This document shows, one piece after another, positions 10,212 to 21,011 of a stretch of 64,000 nt of DNA. Numbering within the stretch: the stretch's first letter is position 1; each line of letters opens with the position of its first letter. The translations under genes and the position numbers were made by a program. The DNA comes from Clostridiales bacterium DTU033 (GTDB lineage Bacteria; Bacillota; Clostridia; Oscillospirales; Acutalibacteraceae): positions 7,742 to 71,741 of the forward strand of contig LFTH01000097.1 in the NCBI GenBank assembly GCA_001513365.1. The letters run 5' to 3'. Below the pieces are notes generated by a model. The model was not told the DNA's origin. It ran no database searches and worked only from the letters and a program-made list of their open reading frames with translations.

Positions 10212-12638
10212 ATGGAAAACAGAGGACGGGTTGCCCGACTTGCGAATCTTCCGCTGCTGGCTCTGCGTGGATTGGTTGTGTTTCCCAACATGCTACTGCA
10301 TTTCGATATAGGGCGGAAAAAGTCGCTGCTCGCGCTGAATGACGCAATGTCGGAGGACCAGACAATCTTTCTGGTAACCCAGAAGGACATCAGGGAAGAT
10401 GACCCAAAAATCGATACGCTGTATTCTGTCGGAGTTGTGTCAAAAATACGGCAGGTTTTAAGGCTTCCCGGCGACAATGTCAGGGTGCTGGTCGAGGGAC
10501 TGTACCGCGCTAAGGTCAGGGAAGTGGTGAGCGCCGAGCCATATTACAGGGTTTATGTGCGCGAATGTGTCCCTAAAAACATCACTGATAATGTAAAGGC
10601 GCTTGCCTTGCTGCGCGAGTGCAGGGCGAGTTTTGACAATTACGCTTCGCTGTCTCCCAAAATATCCCCCGACGTAATGCTTGGGGTTTCGGCCGCCGAC
10701 GATATAGGCTATCTGTCAGACTACATAGCTTCAAATATAATGCTTGAGACTGAAGAAAAGCAGGATTTGCTTGAAACGATTGACCCCGAAAAGCGGATGG
10801 AAAAGCTGCTGGTTATGCTGGCGCGTGAGGTTTCAATCCTCTCGGTCGAGCAGAAAATCCATCAGAAAGTGCATGAGCAAATCAATCAGAACCAAAAGGA
10901 ATACTACCTGCGGGAACAGCTTAAAATAATCAATCAGGAGCTCGGCAATTACGAGGACCCGCAGGACGAGGCTTCCGAGTACCGCAGACGAATCAAAAAG
11001 CTGAAGCTGAGCGAACAGGCGGAGAAAAAACTGTTTGACGAATGCGACAAGCTCTCCCGCATGCCGTACAGCTCCCATGAAGCCGCGGTTGTCCGCGGTT
11101 ACCTTGAAACCTGTTTGTCGCTCCCGTGGAATACATACACGAAAGACAATATCGACATTCTCGCCGCGCAAAAGCTGTTGGACCGCGAGCACTACGGGCT
11201 GAAGAAGGTCAAGGAAAAGATTTTGGAGCTGTTGGCTGTCCGCAAGCTCACTCCGGATATAAAGGGTCAGATTATCTGTTTCGCGGGCCCTCCCGGCGTC
11301 GGCAAGACGTCGATTGCAAAGTCAATCGCAAAGGCGATGGGAAGGCGATATGTGCGGATTTCGCTAGGCGGTATCAGGGATGAGGCTGAAATTCGCGGGC
11401 ACCGCCGCACCTATATCGGCTCGATGCCCGGCAGGATTATCAACGCGATAAAGCAGGCCGGCTCGTCAAACCCGGTTATCCTGCTGGACGAGATAGACAA
11501 GATGGGCGCGGATTTCCGCGGGGACCCGTCGTCAGCCATGCTCGAAGTGCTGGACGCGGAGCAGAACTCGGCTTTTTGCGACCACTACATAGAAATCCCG
11601 TTTGATTTGTCGCAGGTTCTGTTCATCACCACCGCAAACGATTTGACCAACATACCGCGTCCCCTGTATGACCGGATGGAGATAATTGAAATCCCAAGCT
11701 ACACCACCGACGAAAAATACCATATCGCGAAGGAACATCTTATAAGAAAACAGGCAAAACGCCACGGAATTACCCTGAGGCAACTGCGCATATCCGACGA
11801 CGCGGTTTTCGGGATAATCAACAATTACACCCGCGAATCTGGCGTGCGCTCGCTTGAACGGCATATAGCCAAACTGTGCAGCAAGACAGCCCGAATGCTT
11901 GTAGAGGGCCGCGTGAAATCAGTCAAAATCACTCCCGAAAACCTTGAAGAGTTCCTCGGCCCGCACAGGTATAAAGACGACGAGAGCAGAAATACCAATG
12001 AAATCGGTATCGCAAAAGGATTGGCATGGACTTCGGTCGGCGGCGAGCTGATGCCGGTCGAGGTTGCGGTTTTGGATGGCACCGGGAAAATTGAGCTTAC
12101 CGGTTCTTTAGGCGATATAATGAAGGAATCGGCGAGAACCGCAATCAGTTTTGTCCGCAGCAGGACTGACGAATTGAAGATTGAGCACGATTTTTACAAA
12201 ACCAAGGATATTCATATTCATGTCCCTGAAGGCGCCGTTCCGAAAGACGGTCCTTCAGCAGGCGTTACCATTGCAACCGCCATTATCTCAGCGCTGACCA
12301 AAATCCCGGTCAAAGGCAGTATCGCGATGACCGGTGAGATAACCCTGCGTGGGCGCCTGCTGCCTGTCGGCGGCCTGCGCGAAAAGGCAATGGCGGCTTT
12401 TCGCCACAACATCCAGAGCGTGATAATTCCGACCGGAAATCAATCCGATTTGGTGGAAATCGATGAGGTGGTGCGCAGAAATATCAACTTTATAGCCGCC
12501 GATAATCTGGATACGGTAATCAGGCACGCTCTTGTTTCTCTCCCGAAAAACGTGGCGGAAGGCAAGGAAAACAAGCCGGAAAGGGTGTTTATCTCCACCC
12601 CTGTATCGGATGATATGCAACCGACTGTTCCCCAATGA
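10212..12638 (+). CDS. lon: Lon protease (LonA)
   Basis: 808 aa. GPPGVGKTS Walker A and catalytic PKDGPSAG. Confidence 0.96.
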   Translation: MENRGRVARLANLPLLALRGLVVFPNMLLHFDIGRKKSLLALNDAMSEDQTIFLVTQKDIREDDPKIDTLYSVGVVSKIRQVLRLPGDNVRVLVEGLYRAKVREVVSAEPYYRVYVRECVPKNITDNVKALALLRECRASFDNYASLSPKISPDVMLGVSAADDIGYLSDYIASNIMLETEEKQDLLETIDPEKRMEKLLVMLAREVSILSVEQKIHQKVHEQINQNQKEYYLREQLKIINQELGNYEDPQDEASEYRRRIKKLKLSEQAEKKLFDECDKLSRMPYSSHEAAVVRGYLETCLSLPWNTYTKDNIDILAAQKLLDREHYGLKKVKEKILELLAVRKLTPDIKGQIICFAGPPGVGKTSIAKSIAKAMGRRYVRISLGGIRDEAEIRGHRRTYIGSMPGRIINAIKQAGSSNPVILLDEIDKMGADFRGDPSSAMLEVLDAEQNSAFCDHYIEIPFDLSQVLFITTANDLTNIPRPLYDRMEIIEIPSYTTDEKYHIAKEHLIRKQAKRHGITLRQLRISDDAVFGIINNYTRESGVRSLERHIAKLCSKTARMLVEGRVKSVKITPENLEEFLGPHRYKDDESRNTNEIGIAKGLAWTSVGGELMPVEVAVLDGTGKIELTGSLGDIMKESARTAISFVRSRTDELKIEHDFYKTKDIHIHVPEGAVPKDGPSAGVTIATAIISALTKIPVKGSIAMTGEITLRGRLLPVGGLREKAMAAFRHNIQSVIIPTGNQSDLVEIDEVVRRNINFIAADNLDTVIRHALVSLPKNVAEGKENKPERVFISTPVSDDMQPTVPQ

Positions 12639-12666
12639 AAACGAGAAGTGAAAGGCTGCGTTTCAG

Positions 12667-13251
12667 ATGAGACTTAATTCCGCTGTGTTTGAGGTTTCGG
12701 CAGCGCTGCCAAGTCAGTTTCCAAAACCGACACTACCTGAAATTGTGTTTTCGGGCAGGTCGAATGTGGGGAAATCCTCGCTTATCAACAGTATCCTGAA
12801 TAATAAATCGCTGGCGAAAATCAGCTCGACACCCGGCAAGACAAGGACAATCAATTTCTACAACCTCGGCAGCCTGCGGCTTGTGGATTTGCCCGGCTAC
12901 GGATACGCCAAGGTACCTCAATCCGAGAAAGAGCGATGGGCGGAGCTGATAACCGCCTATTTCGAATCCGAGCGCGATTTGCGCCTTGTGGCGCAGCTTG
13001 TTGACATCAGGCACCCCGCGACGCGGGACGATATTCGGATGATTGAGTACATGGTGGAATTTGAATTCCCGTTTATTATCGTGCTGACAAAAGCGGACAA
13101 GCTGAAAAAATCCGCATTGGCACAGCGGATTTCGGAATTTAACCAGCAGTTTTCAGAATATGAGGGGATTAACCTCATTCCCGTCTCGGCGCAGACGGGG
13201 GAGGGGATAGGGGAATTAAGGAATATCCTAATCTCGGTGGTTCAAGACTAA
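12667..13251 (+). CDS. engB: ribosome biogenesis GTP-binding protein YsxC/EngB
   Basis: GRSNVGKSSL, DLPGYG and TKADK. Conserved position after lon. Confidence 0.9.
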   Translation: MRLNSAVFEVSAALPSQFPKPTLPEIVFSGRSNVGKSSLINSILNNKSLAKISSTPGKTRTINFYNLGSLRLVDLPGYGYAKVPQSEKERWAELITAYFESERDLRLVAQLVDIRHPATRDDIRMIEYMVEFEFPFIIVLTKADKLKKSALAQRISEFNQQFSEYEGINLIPVSAQTGEGIGELRNILISVVQD

Positions 13252-13267
13252 TAATAAGGGTGGTAGA

Positions 13268-14566
13268 ATGTTATATCCGGAAACTTTGAACGTAAACGAG
13301 CACGGGCACTTGACAATCGGCGGATGCGACACCGTCGAACTCGCGAACCGTTACGGTACGCCGCTTTACGTTATGGATGAAAACGTTATCAGGAAAGCCC
13401 TGCGGGATTACAAAAAATCCATTGATGAAAACTATCAAAACGGCGGGATGGTCGCTTATGCCAGCAAAGCCTGCTGTTTTAAGGAGATTTGCCGCATTGT
13501 CATGCAGGAGGGCTGCGGTATTGATGTGGTGTCCGGAGGGGAGCTGTATACCGCCATGCAGGTGGGTTTCCCTGCCGAACGCATTTATTTCCACGGCAAT
13601 AATAAAACCGTAGCCGAACTGCGGATGGCGCTTGACTATGGAGTCGGCAGGATTGTAGTGGACAATATTACCGAACTGCACCTGCTGTCCGAAATTGCGG
13701 CTTCCATGGAAAAAACAGCGGATATATACCTGAGGATTACCCCAGGAATTGAAGCCCATACGCACGATTTTATCAAAACCGGCCAGATTGACTCCAAATT
13801 CGGCATAACGCTTGAAAACGGCGACGCGCTAAATGCCGTAAAAACCGCCACCGAGCTTATCGGCATATCCCTTAAGGGATTGCACTGTCATATCGGCTCG
13901 CAGATATTTGATGAGCAGCCTTTTATCCACGCCGCCGAAGTTATGCTTAATTTCATCGCGCAAATACGCGAGCAAACCGGTGTGGTATTGAATGAGTTGA
14001 ACCTCGGCGGCGGTTTTGGGGTGCGGTACACTGATAAGGACAGCCCGAAAGAATACAGCGAGTACATGCGCCTTGTTTCTGCCGTTCTTAATGAGAAGGC
14101 CGAAAAACTGAACCTGCCCGTGCCGTATATCGTCATTGAGCCCGGCAGGTCGATTGTCGCGCCCGCCGGTATTACGCTATATACAGTGGGCTCAATCAAG
14201 GAAATTCCGGGCATTCGCTCATATCTGAGTATTGACGGCGGCATGACCGACAATCCGCGGTACGCACTGTACAAGTCTCCGTATACTGCGGTTGTGGCTA
14301 ACAAGGCAGACCGGCCCGCCGACTGCGTATATACCATTGCCGGCCGCTGCTGCGAAAGCGGAGACCTTATTCAGGAAAACATAAAACTTCAGCGCTGCCA
14401 GCGCGGGGATATTCTGGCAGTCCTGACCACCGGCGCATATAATTACTCCATGTCATCTAACTATAACAGAATTCCGCGTCCTGCGGTTGTGATGGTCAGG
14501 GACGGCGTTTCGCGCATAGTAGTAAAAGCGGAAAGCTACGAGGATTTGGTGCGCAACGATATATAA
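13268..14566 (+). CDS. lysA: diaminopimelate decarboxylase
   Basis: 432 aa. PLP Lys in YASKAC, plus GGGFG and CESGD. Confidence 0.9.
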   Translation: MLYPETLNVNEHGHLTIGGCDTVELANRYGTPLYVMDENVIRKALRDYKKSIDENYQNGGMVAYASKACCFKEICRIVMQEGCGIDVVSGGELYTAMQVGFPAERIYFHGNNKTVAELRMALDYGVGRIVVDNITELHLLSEIAASMEKTADIYLRITPGIEAHTHDFIKTGQIDSKFGITLENGDALNAVKTATELIGISLKGLHCHIGSQIFDEQPFIHAAEVMLNFIAQIREQTGVVLNELNLGGGFGVRYTDKDSPKEYSEYMRLVSAVLNEKAEKLNLPVPYIVIEPGRSIVAPAGITLYTVGSIKEIPGIRSYLSIDGGMTDNPRYALYKSPYTAVVANKADRPADCVYTIAGRCCESGDLIQENIKLQRCQRGDILAVLTTGAYNYSMSSNYNRIPRPAVVMVRDGVSRIVVKAESYEDLVRNDI

Positions 14567-14874
14567 TGTTTCCAGAATATGGTTATTTCGAAAGGCGGGT
14601 TTGTCCAAGCGATAAACAATCCGAGAAAGGTTACCAGCGCCGGATTTTGCGCAGTCAGTTTAACAGGGGCAGCGCTGCCGGCGCGGTTGGTTTTCGTGAA
14701 CATAAAAGCTATTTATCAATCCGGCAAACGCAGTATGTATTGCAGTATATATCTATTGAAAGCGGCGCGGCCTGCAGGACAATGATTTGATTGTGGCTGG
14801 TAATATGGAGAATAAAAATATATAAACAATAACATAGAAAGTAAATTGTACTACGAAATAAAATATAAAGCATA

Positions 14875-14944
14875 GAAAAAAGAAACACACCTAATTACAC
14901 AGTCAGCGGCAAACAACAGGTTTGCCGCTGACTGTGTAATTAGG
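14875..14944 (-). terminator. perfect 25-bp hairpin followed by a T-run on the - strand (terminator-like)
   Basis: cctaattacacagtcagcggcaaac (14890-14914) pairs perfectly with 14920-14944, with a 5-nt loop. The - strand continues tgtgtttcttttttc. There is no T-run on the + side. Confidence 0.5.
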
Positions 14945-15304
14945 CAGAAGATAGCCGAAATAGCCATATCCGCGCCATATCATCAATAATAGGCATTATT
15001 TTGGGTTTTAACCCTCTCCTATACTATACAAAATAATAATTTTGTATAGTAATATCAGGAATTTCCGGCAGGCTGAAAAATGTAATAACGCCCCTGCCCT
15101 GCAGAGGCGTTGAAAAAATAAATCGTATAAGCTTAAAATAAATATATTATACATATTCACTTAAGCGCAGTTTATATTATTGGTTTTAATATAACCTTAA
15201 ACTTTATTATCTCTTTCTCCAGATATATTTATTAAGAATGTCTTCCCTGTATTATTATCCTTCACTGTTTTCTCCTAAAGGCGTTAATATTTCCTTACTG
15301 AGCC

Positions 15305-15333
15305 TTGACAAAAGCAGTATAAGTCGGTATAAT
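15305..15333 (+). promoter_or_regulatory. consensus sigma-A type promoter for tRNA-Cys
   Basis: TTGACA (15305-15310), 17-nt spacer, TATAAT (15328-15333). The tRNA starts about 22 nt downstream. Confidence 0.65.
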
Positions 15334-15354
15334 AATCAGCGCTGCCCGATATTC

Positions 15355-15429
15355 GGCGCCATAGCCAAGTGGTAAGGCACGGGTCTGCAAAACCCTGATT
15401 CCCCAGTTCAAATCTGGGTGGCGCCTCCA
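15355..15429 (+). tRNA. tRNA-Cys (GCA), CCA encoded
   Basis: Hand-folded cloverleaf. Acceptor stem ggcgcca/tggcgcc, anticodon loop ct-GCA-aa, T arm cccag-ttcaaat-ctggg, 5-nt variable loop, and 3' tCCA. Confidence 0.9.
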
Positions 15430-15433
15430 TCAG

Positions 15434-15463
15434 ACTGCTGTATTATGTGTACGGCAGTTTTTT
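15434..15463 (+). terminator. intrinsic terminator after tRNA-Cys
   Basis: 7-bp stem actgctg/cggcagt (one G-U pair), 11-nt loop, then tttttt. Confidence 0.6.
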
Positions 15464-15497
15464 ATTGCAAAACTATAGAACATACGTTCTTGATTGG

Positions 15498-15529
15498 GGC
15501 TTTTCTGCTTTTTGTGTAATCAGAAAAGC
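15498..15529. repeat. 10-bp inverted repeat between tRNA-Cys and the guaB 3' end (possible guaB terminator)
   Basis: ggcttttctg (15498-15507) / cagaaaagcc (15520-15529). No clean T-run on either side. Confidence 0.35.
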
Positions 15530-15576
15530 CGGTATTAAACCAGACGGATTATGCATGCTTTCGTCCTAAAGTCAAA

Positions 15577-17061
<1,485 letters not shown>

Positions 17062-17217
17062 CTAATCCTGATATTCACTATCTTCATCTTTCATTCCTGC
17101 GAGCAAAAATATTTAACAATTATTCTAGCACAAACCAGAGCCTTAATGCAAGACGGATTTGCTGATTTGAGATGGATTTCGTCGAAAACAGTGAACAGCA
17201 TCAGGGAAAACCGTGGA

Positions 17218-17490
17218 TTACCTGAACAACAGCACCGCCAAAGCGCCGATTGCTGCGCCCAGCCCGCCGAACGACATGCCGTATAAAGCCATCTGCTTTT
17301 TCCTCTGCCTTTTATTCAGTTTCAGACTGGTGTATCCTCCGGTATTCCTGACGTATCTTCTTGCCTCGTCGTAAAGCCGGCCGTACGGAATATCTGAAAA
17401 CCTCGGCCTGACTATAAGCAGCGCGCGCTCAAAGTATTCGTTCCCTGTATCCGTAACCTCGATAATCTGGCGGTTTACCCCTTTAATCAT
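17218..17490 (-). CDS. hypothetical small protein with C-terminal TM anchor
   Basis: 90 aa from ATG 17490, with GAAGGGG 9 nt upstream. The ORF track opens at TTG 17499. C-terminal end is MSFGGLGAAIGALAVLLF. I cannot name a family. Confidence 0.5.
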   Translation of the reverse strand: MIKGVNRQIIEVTDTGNEYFERALLIVRPRFSDIPYGRLYDEARRYVRNTGGYTSLKLNKRQRKKQMALYGMSFGGLGAAIGALAVLLFR

Positions 17491-17657
17491 TTGCCACAAC
17501 CCCTTCTCTGTCTTTGTATAGATTATTTGTAAGGATTATAGCTTTTATACAGAAAATGGCGGGAAGCTGCCGCCAGATTACTCCGCAGAGCGTAAAGATA
17601 TTACTCTTGGTAAAACGGAATTTTTACAGCGCATGTTGAAAACCCTGTGGAAAATGT

Positions 17658-17696
17658 TAAAAAACCACACGCTTCAGCATAAAAACAAAGTGTGGA
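17658..17696 (-). terminator. possible terminator of the upstream Cys-rich gene
   Basis: On the - strand, ccacac ... gtgtgg forms a 6-bp stem with a 19-nt loop, followed by tttttt. Confidence 0.35.
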
Positions 17697-17786
17697 AACT
17701 GTTAAATACCTATTTTTACCAGTTGGTTTAGGGGAATTTTTGATACAGAGTGTAATATCGCCTTTACGCCTGCCGCATAAAACCCC

Positions 17787-18482
17787 TTATTTCGGCAAAT
17801 ACGAAGTCAGCCACCAGACAGCCCTTTCTATCGAATCCCTTGAGTCCCCCCAGTCGGCGTCCTGGTCGGTGTTCCTGTAATCAAACATCCTGCAAAAATG
17901 CGAGACATCGGCGCGCAGCTTTGTCAAATACTCCCGGCACAGCCCGGCGCAGGTTTTGTGAAAATCAGGATAGGCTTTTTTGCTCATTTTATCCTGCGCG
18001 GCGTGTGTCAGCAGTGAAAAATGAGGCAGGCACAGGACTTGCTGTTCTTCAAAAAGCCTGCGAAAATCCCTCTCGCTTTCCCACAGCCGGCAGATGGTCA
18101 GCAGCATTCTCTCCATTGACCAGTCAATCCTGCCGCATACAAAGCAGGTGCTCAACAGTATTTCAGCCGAACCCGACTGCCTGCGTGAGCTTTTGCCGAA
18201 TATAGGCGACTTGTCGAACACCCGGTTATCCAATTCCTCAAGGTGGCTTTCGAGTATCAGCCCTACGCCCAGACGGTTTTGCTTTTTCAGCATTTTCTGG
18301 TAATGCGGATAGCAGAACCCCAGTCTGTTGGTTTCCTGCCTGACATCAGGCTCCATCATTGCCGCTCCGGTAATATAATCAACCACCCTGTTTTCAAGCA
18401 TATCCCGCAGGCGACACAAGGGGCAGCCTTCGCGTGGTTCAAATACTTCGCTTACAGGGATACTCATTATGTCCTGACGCAT
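17787..18482 (-). CDS. Cys-rich hypothetical protein (DUF6062-like, family name from memory)
   Basis: 231 aa from ATG 18482, with GAAAGG 10 nt upstream. Paired motifs CPLC ... CYPH and CFVC ... CLPH suggest two metal sites. Confidence 0.55.
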   Translation of the reverse strand: MRQDIMSIPVSEVFEPREGCPLCRLRDMLENRVVDYITGAAMMEPDVRQETNRLGFCYPHYQKMLKKQNRLGVGLILESHLEELDNRVFDKSPIFGKSSRRQSGSAEILLSTCFVCGRIDWSMERMLLTICRLWESERDFRRLFEEQQVLCLPHFSLLTHAAQDKMSKKAYPDFHKTCAGLCREYLTKLRADVSHFCRMFDYRNTDQDADWGDSRDSIERAVWWLTSYLPK

Positions 18483-18599
18483 TGTAATCCAACCTTTCAA
18501 AAATTATCATCAACTTGACTTATGATTTATGTTATAATTGCATTATAACTGATTACATCCTATTTTTGTATATCTTCAGCCACGCAAAGGAGAATTATT

Positions 18600-19442
18600 T
18601 TGAAGTTTTGGCAGGATAAAAGGGGAATTATCATCGAAATCAAGGATTTTGTGCTGGAACAGACCCTGGACTGCGGGCAGTGCTTCAGGTTTTCACAGCG
18701 GCCTGACGGCTCATGGCACGGGGTCGCGGGCAGCCGCCCGATAACCCTCCGCGCGCTGGATAATAACCGAATACTGTTTGAGAAGGTCAGCATTCAGGAA
18801 TTCAACAGCTTCTGGAGGATATACTTTGACCTTGACAGGGATTACGCAAAAATCCGCAGCCAGTTTCCCTGCCATCCCGCGTTCAAGGACAGCGTATGTT
18901 TTGGACACGGGATAAGGATATTAAGGCAGGAGCCGTGGGAAGCCCTAGTTTCTTTCATTATCTCTCAGAACAACAACGTCCCGCGGATTAAGGGGATTAT
19001 CGAGCGCTTATGCCGCCATTTCGGTAAGCCTGTTGGGGAGGATTACGGTTTCCCCTCCCCTGCCGCCCTTTCAGTCCTTGATGTCTCGGACCTTGAGGTA
19101 ATCAGGTGCGGCTTCAGGGCAAAATACATAATCGACGCCGCCCAAAAAGTAAGCTGCGGGCAGGTTGACCTTCAAGAGATTTCAAAACTTCCGCTGTCTA
19201 AAGCCCGTCAAGCCCTGCAGACCATTAAAGGGGTTGGCCCTAAAGTCGCGGAATGTGTGCTGCTCTACGGGATGGGGCGGCTTGAAACCTTCCCGATGGA
19301 TGTGTGGATTAAGCGCGCGATGGCCAGGCTGTTCCCCGGATACACGCCGGACAGCTTCGGGCAGTACGCGGGGATAGCCCAGCAGTATATCTATCATTAC
19401 TGCCGCTGCAACCCGTGGGTTTTGCGGGAAGAAACGGGTTGA
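18600..19442 (+). CDS. ogg: 8-oxoguanine DNA glycosylase (Ogg, HhH-GPD family)
   Basis: HhH-GPD element IKGVGPKVAECVLLYG with catalytic Lys, and Asp in FPMDVWIKR. TTG start with AGGAG 7 nt upstream. Confidence 0.8.
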   Translation: MKFWQDKRGIIIEIKDFVLEQTLDCGQCFRFSQRPDGSWHGVAGSRPITLRALDNNRILFEKVSIQEFNSFWRIYFDLDRDYAKIRSQFPCHPAFKDSVCFGHGIRILRQEPWEALVSFIISQNNNVPRIKGIIERLCRHFGKPVGEDYGFPSPAALSVLDVSDLEVIRCGFRAKYIIDAAQKVSCGQVDLQEISKLPLSKARQALQTIKGVGPKVAECVLLYGMGRLETFPMDVWIKRAMARLFPGYTPDSFGQYAGIAQQYIYHYCRCNPWVLREETG

Positions 19443-19584
19443 GGTTATTATAAACAATTCTGTTCGGTTATGTATATATTTTTTCTAATCCGGAAAAGAC
19501 AAATATTTAACAATCCCCTTTTTTTATGCCGGAAAATGATGTATACTGTGTATTGATGGAAATAAAACGCAGGAGGTTTATGTC

Positions 19585-20520
19585 ATGCCGCTTGTAAATA
19601 CAAAAGAAATGTTTAAGAAAGCCTACGACGGCGGGTACGCAATCGGCGCTTTCAACGTCAACAATATGGAAATCCTGCAGGGAATTGTTGACGCTTGTTT
19701 CGAGCTTAACTCGCCGGTTATCCTGCAGGTATCCGGTTCCGCCCGCAAATACGCGCGCCACAGGTACCTCTACCACATGGTTATGGCGGCGGTTGAGGAT
19801 ACCGGCTTGCCGATTGCCCTTCACCTTGACCACGGCTCCAGCTTTGAGCTGTGCAAGGACTGCATTGACGGCGGTTTTACTTCGGTAATGATTGACGGCT
19901 CCCACCTTAGTTTTGAAGAAAACGTGGAATTGACCAAAAAAGTGGTGGATTATGCCCATCCCCGCAATGTTACCGTCGAAGGGGAACTTGGGCAGCTTGC
20001 GGGCATTGAGGACGAAGTCAATGTGCCAACTGGCTCGTATACCGACCCCGAACAGGTTGAGGAATTCGTGTCCCGCACCGGCGTTGATTCGCTGGCAATC
20101 GCAATCGGTACCAGCCACGGAGCCTTTAAATTCAAGCCCGGTCAAAAGCCGCAGCTTCGCTTTGATATACTGGAAGAAGTGATGAAGCGGGTGCCGGGGT
20201 TCCCGATTGTGCTCCACGGCGCTTCCTCGGTTTCGCCGGAGCATGTGGAGTTAATCAAGAAATACGGCGGACAGATGGACGACGCCATCGGAATTCCGGA
20301 GGAGATGCTCAGGCAAGCGGCAAGCATGGCGGTTTGCAAAATCAATGTGGATTCGGATTTGCGTATAGCAATGACCGCCGGTATCCGCAAATACCTTTCC
20401 GAAAACCCGAAACATTTTGACCCGCGCAAGTATTTGGGCGAGGGCCGCGAGTTCATCAAGAGCGTGGTCAGGCACAAAATCGAGAACGTGCTCGGCTGTG
20501 CCGGCCGCGCAGACGGTTAA
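19585..20520 (+). CDS. fba: class II fructose-bisphosphate aldolase
   Basis: 311 aa. AIGAFNVNN, LHLDHG and IAIGTSHGAFK. Confidence 0.92.
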   Translation: MPLVNTKEMFKKAYDGGYAIGAFNVNNMEILQGIVDACFELNSPVILQVSGSARKYARHRYLYHMVMAAVEDTGLPIALHLDHGSSFELCKDCIDGGFTSVMIDGSHLSFEENVELTKKVVDYAHPRNVTVEGELGQLAGIEDEVNVPTGSYTDPEQVEEFVSRTGVDSLAIAIGTSHGAFKFKPGQKPQLRFDILEEVMKRVPGFPIVLHGASSVSPEHVELIKKYGGQMDDAIGIPEEMLRQAASMAVCKINVDSDLRIAMTAGIRKYLSENPKHFDPRKYLGEGREFIKSVVRHKIENVLGCAGRADG

Positions 20521-20561
20521 CCGACTCTTTGCTTTTTTCACAACACATCGGAATACAAAAT

Positions 20562-20596
20562 GAGGGCTTTTGCTGCTGCAATCGCCCTCGTTTTTA
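20562..20596. terminator. bidirectional terminator between convergent fba and hisE
   Basis: gagggc (20562-20567) / gccctc (20584-20589). Followed by gttttta on + and attttgtatt on -. Confidence 0.5.
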
Positions 20597-20671
20597 TGCC
20601 ATTATTCAAAGACAGGCAGTCTCCGCGACTATGCGGCGTTATTATTCCGCCGGCTGCGCCAAACAACGGCT

Positions 20672-20995
20672 TTAGGAGTTCCTGTCCGCATTGTGCGGCG
20701 TTTTCAGATTTCCGGATTTTTTATGCCGCTGTTTCAGCAAATCCGATACTTCACCAGGAGTAATGCCCTGATACGCCATCAAAACCAGCAGATGGTACGT
20801 CAAATCGGCGATTTCCTCTATTGTGTCCCGGTTCTCCCCGTTTTTCGCCGCAATTATAATCTCGGCGGCCTCCTCCCCCACCTTTTTCAAAATCTTGTCA
20901 AGCCCCCGGTCAAACAGATACCTTGTGTACGAATTGGGGGACGGGTTGTCCCTGCGGTCGAGGATTGTATTGTAGACGTTTTGAATGCAGTCCAT
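20672..20995 (-). CDS. hisE: phosphoribosyl-ATP pyrophosphohydrolase
   Basis: 107 aa MazG-like HisE: SYTRYLFDRGLDKILKKVGEEAAE ... EIADLTYHLLVLM. Own GAAAGGA RBS and ATG 16 nt after the hisA/I stop. Confidence 0.85.
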   Translation of the reverse strand: MDCIQNVYNTILDRRDNPSPNSYTRYLFDRGLDKILKKVGEEAAEIIIAAKNGENRDTIEEIADLTYHLLVLMAYQGITPGEVSDLLKQRHKKSGNLKTPHNADRNS

Positions 20996-21011
20996 AACAC
21001 TGTATCCTTTC

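Noticed and set aside
9737-10477. 246-aa ORF on the - strand spanning the clpX/lon junction
   Set aside because: It is antisense to two strongly supported genes and has no motifs or RBS.
14539-14703. 55-codon - strand ORF (MFTKTNRAGS...LVTFLGLFIAWTNPPF...) that might be a remnant of a LysE-type exporter
   Set aside because: It has no RBS and runs into the lysA 3' end. The resemblance is too weak to support.
14566-14790. 74-aa and 68-aa + strand ORFs just after lysA
   Set aside because: They have no RBS, overlap each other in alternative frames, and show no motifs. Treated as non-coding.
19507-20244. 245-aa ORF antisense to fba
   Set aside because: Shadow ORF opposite a highly conserved gene.
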